64,000 nt of DNA, from positions 137,020,001 to 137,084,000 of the forward strand of contig NC_043000.1 in assembly GCF_006345805.1 (NCBI RefSeq), read 5' to 3'. Both the position numbers and the translations under genes were made by a program. The notes under the pieces are model-generated. The model made no database searches. It was not told the DNA's origin and saw only the letters and a list, made by a program, of their open reading frames with translations. This DNA comes from Octopus sinensis (lineage: Eukaryota). Shown one piece after another: positions 11,065 through 23,255 of the stretch (positions are counted from its first letter, which is position 1; every line of letters starts with the position of its first letter).

Positions 11065-13287
11065 GCACAAACATATACACACAAATGGAAGAGTTTTCAA
11101 TGTGTTGCAAAGTTTATTTGTGTTTGAAGACAGGTTGATAATTCACTCAATTGCTATAATAGCTTTTTACCTCACACTTGTCAAAGCTTGATCAAATATA
11201 ATTATGAACAATGCTTTATTATCAAACATACAAGAGCTTTCAGATAAAAAAAAAATTTTTAAAGATATAATTTTTTGTTCAGTTTTTATTATTCAAGTTT
11301 AGTAACTCATAATCATATTGTGTGAAGTGGATATAAAAATAATGAAACAATTTTCTGAGAAAGTATTTCTTATCATATTGTCACATTTAAACAGAAGAAG
11401 GAAATTTATGATGGAGTTTATATGATTACAATACACTTTATTAAAAGTAGCTTCCTAGTATTTCTTTACCATGTAGGAAGAAAATAATGTAACATAAATT
11501 CAAAATAGTTAATATAGTTTCAGATTGAAGTAAAAATGTTTTGTTATTCATAAATATTTTATTGTCCTCCAGCAAAAGAACATTAATTGAAAGAGGTGAG
11601 TGGGTCCTATCAAACATGCTAACTAATCTTATATTCTAAAATATGGCTGACCTAACTTGATTTTTTTTTTATGTCCAACTACAAAATAATAAATCATTTT
11701 TCTTAGGAGCGCATCACCAGTATTCTGCTATGGCATCTTAATTATTATAATAGATTTTGTGTTATCTCTTTGGAGTTGTAAGAAACTGGAAAATCAGTTA
11801 ACAGTAGCTATCTATGAGTAAATTATCAGCAGAATTAATTTTTAAGCTGTTAATGACTTGTTAATAACTCATAGGTTATATTTTGCAGTGTTATGTTTTA
11901 AATTATTTTTAACACCAGTGGTTTACTTTATTACCCTCTCAAGTAATAAAGTTGTTGATTTCTTACCGATATAAAATTGAAAATAAATTCACTAATAGAC
12001 TTTGAAAACTTTGAATATGAAGATCCATGCTGCACAGGTTTGGCACTTGGATTGTTTCTATACATCTACTGGTATTGTATCCTTGATCTGTGTACTTGTT
12101 TCTAATCATTTCATTTTATTCTGTACCAGATATGAGAAATTAGCTTGCTCTTGTATTCATTACTATGTGTAGACTAGGTTATTTTCCAGTACAAAAGTAT
12201 TAACATACAATCATTGGATTATTAGATGCTGTTTCTTGCTACATGATTGAATTTATGTTCATTTAGAAATGCTAAGATGTTGATCAATGGACTGAATACT
12301 TGATTATATCTTGCATTGCTTTAGAATTCCTACTTAGTTTCAACTTCCTGCTATTAATCTACAACTTTGACACCTGATCTTTTACAAATGATATTGGATA
12401 TTATTTATGGATTGATTTAGAACTAAGGTATTAAAAATAAAAATACTTTAATTTCTTTTTCCTAAAATTCCTGCACTAATTGTTCTAATTTTAAATGAAT
12501 AGATTTAGAAACATGAATGTCAGGAACTTAACTGAATTTTATTCTTTGTGTAGGTTTAGCTTGCTTTCCTTGTATGTCGTACCATTTGTTTATTGTATGT
12601 TAAACTAAATTTAAGTAACTGAGTTGTGTTATTGAGGGGAAGCCTTTTATTATGCTGTCATACAGATATATTAGTCTGTGGCAACACAGGGGCACCAACT
12701 TGAAGAATTCTTAGTCAAATTTGTCGAATCCAGTGCTTATTATTTAAAAGCCTATCACTTATTCTATTGGTCTCTTTTGCTGAGCTGCTACTTTAAGGGG
12801 ACATAAGCACACCAACACTGGTTGTCATAGTAATATTTGTTATAGTACTTTTATTATTACTGTAAAGACAACAGAATATTTAACTGATTTTCAAGTTTTT
12901 TTGTTTTTCGGTTTATGAACATTCTTTACATTTCAGTAGATTGTTACAAATATGTCTCTTTCTTTTTCTCTCATCCAAATTGATGTGAAAGGCATAATGG
13001 ATAATGAATAAACCTTTGATGCATTGCTCTTATTGGACTAAGAACTACTTTAAGAGCATTTCCAACCAGTTCCATTTGATTCAGACCATCATGAGTATGA
13101 TGGTTTCAATTAAATTTTACTCTGTGGAGTTTGCGTTAATAGTATTTTGATTTAGTATTGTGAGATTAATAACCTGGTGTAGAATTCAATATGCATATGT
13201 TTCAGAATGAAGTTTTAGTCAAGTGCAGAACACTAATAAGAAAATGAGATGACAAAAGAATAACTGATTATCTTAGGAACTTCACCA

Positions 13288-13422
13288 GCTTACAGCTGTT
13301 TCTGGTATGAAATGTAATAGAGTCGAGTGCCTCGATATCCAAAGCTCTGATGAAGCTATAAGGTGTTACTCAGGTACTCAGCTATGACTCCACAGCATCT
13401 TATAACAGAAACAGCAGTAAGC
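13288..13422 (+). ncRNA. Non-canonical minimal type-I hammerhead-ribozyme-like motif with an inverted partial copy
   Basis: GCT-CTGATGA (13347-53), a stem II of ~12 bp, GAAAC-agca-GTA and AGC; 13288-13304 is the reverse complement of 13406-13422 with one mismatch. Confidence 0.5.
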
Positions 13423-14238
13423 AAGTGATGTTCATTAGATAATCATTTATTCCTTGACATAATCTGTATATTTGAAACTGAAATATTTCATCTCATATTT
13501 CATTAATATTGTCAAACAATCAATTACTAAGTTCCCAAATTAATGAAACTATTTTTAAATGATTTTGATTTTATTATAGACTAACTTGAAAACCAAACTC
13601 CATATGGGCTTTCAAGCTAGCTCTTGTAGAGGGCTAATTGGGCCTGCAGCTCAAAACTATAGAGTGCAATGATAATAGAGCATTTATTGGTGCCCTAGCA
13701 ATATGGCATTGCTCTACCAATATGGCATTACTTCAAATTCAGTTTAAATTTTGGGAGTTCTTTTAAAATTTGAATTTTCAACTGTTAGCGTATAACAAAT
13801 ACTCAGTTAGACCTGATTCCACTGCTGGAGGTTCAAGAACCAAATGAAGGGCAGATTTTCCATCCCAGGATCATCCTGATTCCAAAAAGGTACATTATGT
13901 CTATGTAGAGCAAATATAGACCAAGGTCCCAGATGGACAGACACAATTTTGCATTTATTATTATAGATTGTTACTTAATTTTGAGTGTAGACAATAATTT
14001 TAACAAATTTGGCAATAAACTTCTCTTGTAGTTCTGAGAAACAGGTCTACATTTAAATCATGGGGCTTATTGTGCTTTATATTTCAAATATAAGTTTTTG
14101 TATTAAAATTATATTTTTGTTTTGATTCATACAAAATTTATAAGCTGAAAAGGTTTAGGATATTAAAAAATTATTTTTACAACCACTAAATTTTCATTTC
14201 AATAAATCTTTACTTAAATTTTTGGACAATATCTTGAA

Positions 14239-14460
14239 CCCTTTAGCATTCAGGTTACTCTGTCAAATGTAATGCTTATTTATTCACATTGTCTTGAATT
14301 AATCGTGGATTATCTAGTGGTTTCAAGATTTCAATGATGCAATTGTTTTAATTTTTATTGTGACATTATAGATTAGATGTGAAATATTGGATTTGGCCAA
14401 TTTGAATATAAAAGAGGCAGAATATTATGGCTGGATATGGTCAGTTTGAATGCTAAAGGG
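14239..14460. mobile_element. piggyBac-type MITE, 222 bp
   Basis: TIR CCCTTTAGCATT...AATGCTAAAGGG with flanks TGAA/TTAA. Homologous to 51321-51542. Confidence 0.85.
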
Positions 14461-14599
14461 TTAAAGTCCTACATTCTTGCATAAACCCATCATGCTTAGA
14501 AATCCATCTTAGTACATTTGAAAGGTCAGTGATTGTGCCATTGAAAAATATATAATTGACAATCTCCTGAGAAAATTTCACCACTAATTTCAAAAATTC

Positions 14600-14742
14600 T
14601 GGCGTTAGGAAGGGCATCCAGCTGTAGAAACACTGCCAGATCAGACTGGGGCCTGGTGCAGCCTTCTGGCTTCCCAGATCCCAGTTGAACCGTCCAACCC
14701 ATGCTAGCATGGAAAAAGGATGTTAAACGATGATGATGATGA
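14600..14742 (+). mobile_element. RTE-related family C 3' end
   Basis: GGCGTTAGGAAGGGCATCCAGCTGTAGAAAC...TTAAACGATGATGATGATGA. Confidence 0.9.
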
Positions 14743-15519
14743 AGTAAAATAAATATCATACTAGGGCAGGTGGTCTGAAGTTATTTAACATCTTGGCTTC
14801 TGGGATTTATGCCATTGATGCTTGACTGACATATCTGTACATAAGGTAGATATATTTATATATAACTATGAAACAACTGAAATATTAATGAGGATTGAGC
14901 AATAACATTCAGCATTGTTATTGATTTTCATACATGTGAAAACATGAGTAACCGACTGAGTGGACATTGTAAAAGTCCATGTTAAGTATATTTAAAATGA
15001 TGCATACCATATATTTTGTTCTGGAGTTTGATGCTGAGAATGGCAATGAAGCAATGGCAGGAAAAGTCAGCGCCATTTTTATCAATATCAATGTTATAGG
15101 CTTTGTCATTATCAATATTTGCTTTGACACCACCGTCACTATATTCAGTATTCTCTTGACTCTTATTTCTTTTACCACCAATCCCTTGTGTCATTTGCAT
15201 TGTTGCTAGCCTTGATACATTATCTGTGTTGTCTTTATAAGTATCTTTGTTAATATCTATTACAAAGTCCAGTTTTCATTCCATCATGTTTTAAATATAT
15301 TTTCTTTGAAAAATATTTACCCATCAGGATAGTGTAGGTATACAGCAAAGCTTTCAAAAATGTTCACATAATGAATGTCTTAACATTTCATGCATCAGAG
15401 CTGCAGTAAAGATTGCAGTAACTTTCTTAGTATCAGCTATTTTATATTACTTTTCAATATAAATTTTGTACTCTTTTAAAAAGAGGGACTTATGCTAAGT
15501 TAAGTTAATTTTTTGGCTC

Positions 15520-15700
15520 AAAAAGCAAAAAGCAAGGCCATGTAGAGGGACATGGAGTTATGTACAGGGTGGTGTTCATGCAAAGAGTTCAGGCCATTTG
15601 TGGTCAAGGGAGACTTTAAACCGAGCGGTCGTCGGCATCTTCACTATCTCATCCGGCAGCTTATTCCACTGATCCGCAACCCAGACGGAGAATGCCCCAC
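15520..15700 (-). mobile_element. CR1-type LINE 3' end (second subfamily)
   Basis: Minus strand AFSVWVADQWNKLPDEIVKMPTTARFKVSLDHKW matches the CR1 FS.RVV..WN.LP..V......FK..LD motif, followed by a short 3' UTR and a (GCTTTTT)n tail. Confidence 0.8.
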
Positions 15701-16981
15701 ACAAGACAAGGAGAACTATTATAGCATATATTTGGAATGAGGTATTCTTGATAGATATTAAAGAAAGGAAAAAGGGAAATAGAAGTATGTTATATTCTAA
15801 TATGATGGATATACTCACAGTGAGTGCTATGTAAAACAAAGAGGAAGCCAATATCCTATCTTTTAATCTTTTATTTCTCATTGTACACACTAGAAACCAA
15901 GGAACTTTAATTTAACAATACACATCCTCTCATTAATTACATTCTTTACATTCTTTATTGCCTTCATTTCAGAAGAGTTTCATACAGTTCTAAAGATAGA
16001 TTTTATAAAAAGCAAAAATATTAAAAAAAATAAATAAATAAAATCAAAAAAAAGTTCAAAAGTGTAGCGTTTCAGATTCATAAGAATCTTAATGAAATTT
16101 TCACTGAAAATCATAGAATAAAAGCTACATTTGAATGTCTTAATGGTCTAAGGAGAAAATAAAATAGTAAAATGAAACCACAGAAAAAACAGTAGTAAAT
16201 ATATAATACAAGAATATTAAAAATAATGCAGAATTTAAAACTCAAATGTCAATGATATTTGGTAATTAAGTTAGTGAACATTTTTGTCACTTACTAGATT
16301 GTTATCAGTCATTTTAGTTTAATTAGTAATTGAAATTAAAACACAGTTACAGAAAATTGACAGTTTCCGTGTGATGACACATGCAAAGTAAATGACTATT
16401 ATTATTGATATTATTATTATTATCAGTTCAAGTTGGTGATAATATTTCACTTAAGTATACTACTTGCCTCCCAAGAACAGCTTCATGCATAATTAAGAAA
16501 TCAGCATTAGTATTGTTCTATTACTGTTTCCCAAAAGCATTAAATATAATATATTCTCAATCCTTAGTTAACAACTACAAGAAGATTTCATAGTGATTTA
16601 GATTTACATCGCATTTTTGTTGAATTATTTTACTGTTCCTCATTACTATTAACATTAGAAATTTATAATATGCATATATACTTGAATATATATATATATA
16701 TATATAAAAGATTTTAAACATATGTATGCACATATATGCATATACACAGGCATATATACATGCACACATGAATGTGTGTGTGTGTCGTACAGATATGCAT
16801 ATGTTTATATGTATTCATCCCTTTGTTTTTATGTCCATTTTCCTTACTAGTATGGGTTAGATGAATGTTTTGAGGTATTGTTTTACAGCTGAATGCCCTT
16901 CCTGCTGTTAAATGCTTAGATGTGAATATGCTTCATTAATGTTATATACTTTTATATATGTGTCTGTGTATGTGCATAGAT

Positions 16982-16982
16982 A

Positions 16983-17060
<78 letters not shown>

Positions 17061-17075
17061 ATTACACACACACAC
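16982..17075. repeat. Compound microsatellite (GT)n(AT)n(AG)n(AC)n
   Basis: Visible directly in the sequence. Confidence 0.95.
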
Positions 17076-17285
17076 GTATACACGTATGTATGCACTCAGG
17101 ATAGCATGTGTCATTGCTAACTGCCTTAGATGCCTATGCAATTTCAAGTCAGTTCCAATGGAACATCCAGAATGTGAGTGCCATAGGGAGGGAGGGCTGC
17201 ACCAACAACCAGCTACTGCTCAATTATGGCTGAGAAGCTTGGAGCAGTATGAAATGTCTATATGTCTACTCATCCAGCCATTCAT

Positions 17286-17322
<37 letters not shown>

Positions 17323-18055
17323 AAGAAATAGAAAATCATGCATACATGCATGCATATACCTTGGGCTTCTTCCACTCCCAAGGCTTTGACTGCTCTGGGT
17401 GTAAAGTAAAAGACATTTGCCCATGGTGCCAAATACTGGGATTGAACCCAGTATTAGTTAAATTAATTTCAATCGTATTTTGTTTTGGCAAAAATTTTAT
17501 AAGGTTTGAACTTTCATTATAGTAGTATCTATTGAAGACCGGTCTGATTATTATTTATATGGACTTAGAGATGGATCTTAATTTAGCATATAATTTAGTT
17601 ATTGCAGTTTACTATTAATACTGTTTCAAAGTACATTGGTTTAAATGTCTCTTGTAGTTTTAGTAAGGTTAGTGTTTATTCCTGCCTATATATTGATTGA
17701 TTGAAATATTGTGGTTATCAAGCTTACTTTTATCTTATACAATGGAAGACGGTAGAGTTTATAATTTTTTTATGACTTAATAGAGTCGTTGCTGTTTCGT
17801 TATGTATTTAGGAGAGGTTGTAATTTACTTTTAGAATTTATTTATCAATACAGTTGTATGTTGGGTAAATGTGTTTGAAAGCTGTGGTTTCTTTGGTTTG
17901 TTTCCAAACAACACTTATTTTAGCGCTGTTGACACTACCAGATTGACACTGCCCAGATGTTGAAACCGTTATATCCTTGGGGCAGCTGATAATGGAAGTA
18001 TATTGGATTGTTGGTATGGCTGTGGAATAGTATTCTAACACATCCTTTTGATATA

Positions 18056-18305
18056 TCATCATCGTTTAGTGTCCGCTTTTCATGCTAGCATAGGTTGGAT
18101 GGTTCAACTGGGGTCTGGGAAGCCAGAAGGCTGCACCAGGCCCAGTCTGATCTGGCAATGTTTCTACGGCTGGATGCCCTTCCTAACGCCAATCACTCAG
18201 TGAGTGTAGTGGGTGCTTTTTATGTGCCACCGGCACGAGGCCAGTCGGGGCAGCACTGGCAATGGCCACGTTCGGATGGTTCTCTTACGTGCCACTGGTA
18301 TCACA
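18056..18305 (-). mobile_element. RTE-related family C 3' end with ~1 repeat unit
   Basis: CATCATCGTTTAG...CATGCTAGCATAGGTTGG...GGATGCCCTTCCTAACGCC...GTGCCACCGGCAC. Confidence 0.9.
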
Positions 18306-18306
18306 G

Positions 18307-18339
<33 letters not shown>

Positions 18340-18639
18340 GTTATGCTGCATGCAGCTTTTTGATATTACCAACAGGCGCCAACACAACAATCTGTAGTCT
18401 GATGGCTCAGAAGACTGTGTGGGCAATACTCAGCAAGCCAACTTGCTTAGAACAGAAGAAGCAGTAGTCAAAGAAATTAGAAGAGTTCCAAATAACAAGC
18501 AAAACTGTCAAGTATAATCAAAATAAACGAACATTTATTTAAGAGGCGAATAAAACATTTATGCAACAAATGGACAGTTCTTTAGAGAGTTTTTTTTTTT
18601 AAAAAGAGTTCATTTACCTCTGAAATCTTCTGCATTCTT

Positions 18640-18850
18640 TATGTTGTGTACCTCACATTGATTGCTGAAACCAACTTCATCATTGCATACGGTCTTCCAG
18701 CAGATTTTGAACCATCTCTTAACACTGTCCCTCTGTTCAGCTTGGCTTCTTGGTGTCAGCTAATTCTCAGCACCAACTGAACGCCATTACTTCACCAACC
18801 TCACATTCTTTAGTCTTTATAGTTCACTATGCACCAAAAATCACATTTCC
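18640..18850 (-). mobile_element. Possible Tc1-like transposase N-terminal relic
   Basis: The minus strand EVGEVMAF...HQEAKLNRGTV loosely resembles a Tc1 paired-like HTH start. It is heavily decayed and I found no TIR. Confidence 0.25.
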
Positions 18851-19047
18851 TATGCTTAAAAAGTCATGTATGCCAAAATCACACTACCTTTGTTTACAAA
18901 ACCAGAGAGCAGTGTTCTAATTCATGTTGTGTGAACGAGAAATTATCTAAGTATAATTTTTCCTATTCATAACACATACACATATATATGTGTGCATACA
19001 TACTTCCACACGCACTCACATACATTTACATTAACACACGTGTGCGT

Positions 19048-19086
<39 letters not shown>

Positions 19087-19097
19087 GTAAAATATTG

Positions 19098-19433
19098 TAA
19101 AGACCCCCTTCGGTCATGAATGACCATGGGTTTGCACCTAGAAAGTTCCCTGCTCAGGCACAAGTCTGGGCAAGTTTGTTTATGGAAGACCATCAGTCAC
19201 CCATGCTTACCAGCCTCCTCTCACCATGCTACTGAAGTTATCCAAACGAAAGGTAAAGGTTGGTACAGCTTGACACCAGTGATGCTGCAACTCATTTCTA
19301 CAGCCGAGTGGACTGGAATAATGTGAAATAAAGTGTCTTGCTGAAAAACACAACACATGGGCCTAGTCTGAGAATCGAACTCACCACCTCGTGATTGTGA
19401 GCCTGATGCTCTAACTACTGAGCTATGCACCTT
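19098..19433 (-). mobile_element. tRNA-derived SINE family D, full length
   Basis: Minus-strand head has A-box TAGCTCAGTAGTTAGAGC and B-box GAGTTCGATTC. Its 3' ~200 bp are ~80% identical by eye to 20788-20992. Confidence 0.88.
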
Positions 19434-20787
19434 CACACACACACACACACACATACACATATATACACAATGCATATTTTAGTTTGTTTAATGTCTGTTT
19501 TTCTATGCTAGCATGACTTTGGCTGATGTATATAACTCATACTGGTATAATTTAACACTTGTAGAATGGAATGATCTATCAACTCCAGCCTGATGTTCCA
19601 GACATGTGAAAGCATGTTAACAGAACATTTGCATTTACTCAGTACTAAGCATTACTAAACAATTCATCAATATCTCATCAGGAAAATTACATTTCTTTCA
19701 TTTAGAAAAATGTACGGAATATTAATGCAATCATCATTTATTTTTCACAATGAAATTTCCTCAAAATTAGTAGGTGAGGAATTTAAAAAAAAATCCATTA
19801 ATTAATTTTTGACATTAAAGTCAGCATGCATTCATTTTTTTCTTTTTAGCCTTTAAGTTCATTAATGTATATTGCTGTTTTTATTATCATTATTATTGCT
19901 GTTTTTCTTCCTGTTGTTATCATTGCTGCTATTTATTCTATTTTAGATTTGATAAAAAAATTTTTTTTCATATAAGTGGTACTGGAACCTTCCATTGTAA
20001 TGGATGTTACTTTCCTGTCATGTCTTCTTTTGTCAGGAAATTATTAGTATTATTATTATTCAGGTTGTTATTTTCCCTCTGTGAAATTATCTCAAGCATA
20101 TTATTATTACCAACTTTTTATGACTTCTTCCTCACACTGTGTAGACATATATTTACAAAACTGAAGAGTTGCCAACAGAGAAGCCAATAAATACATTGAT
20201 ATAAAGCATTTTCTTTTCAAAATTTTATTTATTAGATTTTTTTTTTTAATTGGTAATAAAAATAAATACCTTTTTAGAAATGTGAGACAGAAGTTAGTTT
20301 TACTGAATGGAATCATTATAAATAATAAATAAACAAATACTGCAACATAAAAAACATAAAATAATCATAGCCTGTCACTGTAACCATTTGCTTTTCTGAT
20401 AACCTTTTTTTTCTTCTTCTCACCAATATCCATTAAATCTTTTGTTAAAAGTTATAAAGTGTGTAAATGTGATGCTAGTTGACAAAATAAAAAGAACTAA
20501 AAATGATATAAGCTTTGAAAAAGTTAGTTGCTGTAGTAAGTACCAAATTGTCAACAAATTTATTATATAATAAACAAATATCCATTATCTTTAGGAAAAA
20601 TGTCAAAATTTTGTATTTGTTTTTGTTTTTTAATAACCACCTGAGAGAACTTAATTTACAGTGAATTTGTTTTAAATGAAATGTACACTATTGCTGTTAT
20701 ACATACATACACACATACATACTCACACATACATATACATACACATGTATTATATATATATACATACATACACATATATATATATAT

Positions 20788-20990
20788 AGAAATGAGTTGT
20801 GACGTCACAGGTGCCAAACTGTATCGACCTTTGTCTTTCCCTTAGATAACACTGGTAGCGTGGAGAGGGGAGGCCGGTGTGCATGGGCGACTACTGGTAT
20901 TCCATAAAAACAACCTTGCCCAGACTTGTGCCTCAGAGGGTAACTCTCTAGGTGCAAAAACTCATGGTCACTCATGACCGAAGGGGTCTT

Positions 20991-20992
<2 letters not shown>
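20788..20992 (+). mobile_element. SINE family D 3' half, embedded in (TA)n
   Basis: Reverse-complement match to 19098-19300; ends CATGACCGAAGGGGTCTT. Confidence 0.85.
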
Positions 20993-21029
<37 letters not shown>

Positions 21030-21118
21030 AAGAAGGGATAGTATTATTAAAATATCACGAGTGGCAAGCAAATTATCAGTAGTACAGGCAAATTTAATAA
21101 AATATATACATACAATAT

Positions 21119-22264
21119 AAGATATCTTGACTGTGTCCTTGCCCCCCCCCCCAGTGGCTTCCCTCCCCTCTCACATCCTCGACACCAACCATGCTCTTTG
21201 TTTGTTGAACTCTTTCTCCTTCCTTCCTGGCCCTTCTAAACTTCTCTTCACTCTCGACATCCAGAGCCTTTACACGGTGATCCCTCACCACTAGGGGCTG
21301 CGTGCACTCCAACATTTCCTTGACCTTTGACCCAACACCACACCCGACACATTCACACTTATTCGTCTGTCTGAACCTGTCCTCTCACTCAACTGCTTCT
21401 CGTTCACTGGTGATTTTTACCAGCAGCTCTTGGGAGTGGCCATGGGAACGAGAATGGGCCCTAACTATGTGAACCTGTTAGTTGGCTACACTGAGGCCCA
21501 AATATTCTCAAGTTTCACTGGTCCCACTCCCGAACTATATGGCCGTTATTTTGACGACTGTATCGGTGTGACCTCACTCACCCGTGAACATCTACATTCC
21601 TTCCTCTCTTTTGTCAAATCTTTTCATTCTGCCCTCCACTTCTCCTCTACTATCTCTGACACCTCTGTCTCCTTTCTTGAAATTTCAGTCAGCATTCATC
21701 ACTCCACTCTCACCACCTCCATCCACTACAAACACACAGACTCACACTCATTCTTCAACTTCTCCTCCTCCCACCCTAAACGCACCAAGCTTTCCATCCC
21801 CTATTCCTAATTCCTCCGTCTATGTAGGCCCTGTAGTGACGTCCATGACTTTGAGACTCAGTCTCAACTCATGCTCGCCACTTCATCCTACGTGAATATC
21901 CCCTCACCACTATCCACACCGCACTTGCCAGAACACATTCCATAGACCGTGCATCTGCTCTCTCCCCTGTACTCACCCCACCATCTCCGGTTTTCCCTCA
22001 CCTACCATCCCACCACCTTACCTCTCCAATGCACCATTCTCTGAGCCTTCCAGCAACTCCAGTCTGAATCCTCCACTTTGCACATCTTCCCTAACCAACT
22101 CCTCCCCTCCTTCAAATGAGCCCACAACCTACAAGACCTCTTGGTCCACAGCTTCTTCCCTAACCCAACCTCCCAACTGGCTCATTCCTCTGCTCCAGCC
22201 CATGCTGCCGCACTTCTCCTTACCTCTCCAACACCACCCTCCTCACCGGCACCCATCATCATAT
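21119..22264 (+). mobile_element. Decayed Penelope-like element (PLE) RT fragment
   Basis: LLFTLDIQSLYTVIPH...GVAMGTRMGPNYVNL...YGRYFDDCI...HYKHTDSH...SSHPKRTKLSIPYS are PLE RT motifs. In-frame stops are present. Confidence 0.9.
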
Positions 22265-22344
22265 AAGGGATGGTATTATAAAAATTATCATCAGAAGTGG
22301 CAAGAGAATTATCAGCCAAATTGATAAAATGTAAGCATACAATA

Positions 22345-22433
22345 TGTTCTTATATATATATACACACACACACGCACACTTATATATACACACATGCACA
22401 CATATATATACACACGCACACATATATATATAT

Positions 22434-22466
<33 letters not shown>

Positions 22467-22492
22467 CACACACATGCACACATATATATACG
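22345..22492. repeat. (TA)/(CA) compound microsatellite
   Basis: Visible directly in the sequence. Confidence 0.9.
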
Positions 22493-23047
22493 AGAGCACT
22501 ACATGAGCATACCACGAGCTAGCAAGTTTAGATGAGAGCATCTTATGGATTTGTATACTTTCAGGGGAGTAGGGGAATCCAAGTGCGTGCACTAGTTTAT
22601 ATAGGGGTGGGGGTGGGGAGGGGGAAGTGTTGGTGAAGAAAGTGGTAAACGAAACAGAGAGAGAGACAGAGTGAAGTAGAGAGAAAGGGGGCCAGAGTTA
22701 GGGTGGTCAGGGATAGAACACGAGGGAGAACAATATTCTTTTTGGATTTTGGGTAACGTAATTTAATGAAACAGCAAATGCTGATAATAAATGAAATAGA
22801 ATTGAAAAATCTTAGAATTTTCGGCCAGCCAATCTGTGACAAAATTAGAGAAATAAGTGAGGATGTGATAAACTTGAATAAATTAATATGTGATGATCTT
22901 AAGACGACAACGAGGAAGATGAAACTATTTATACTATATTTACATGCTAATGAAATTGATAGAATAATGAAAAGAACTAATAAGGGGTTTATGATCTGCA
23001 CTGAAATAAAGGAGTAGATGAACGAGGTTGAAAAGACAAAATTTCTT

Positions 23048-23255
23048 GTGTGTGTATATATATGTAGATATATATGTGTATGTAAATATGCATATATATG
23101 TACATATATTTATGTATGCATTATATATATATATACATATATATGTACATATATGTATGCATTTATATATATGTATGCATTTATATATATGCATATATAA
23201 GTGTGCATATATATATATTTATATATATATGTATGTATATATATATATATATATA
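23048..23255. repeat. Imperfect (TA/TG/TATG) microsatellite
   Basis: Visible directly in the sequence. Confidence 0.9.

Noticed and set aside
13575-13970. Possible old Helitron (5'-like ATCTATAATAATAAATGC..TGTCTGTC on the minus strand)
   Set aside because: The 3' terminus is not convincing.
14982-15200. 72-aa minus-strand ORF with a protein-like composition
   Set aside because: No recognisable motif or splice sites, and the length is within chance expectation.
16908-17522. Several overlapping ORFs up to 139 aa
   Set aside because: Stop-free dinucleotide repeats account for them.
19370-19433. tRNA-like A/B boxes
   Set aside because: This is a SINE head; I could not fold a full cloverleaf and it runs into the SINE body.
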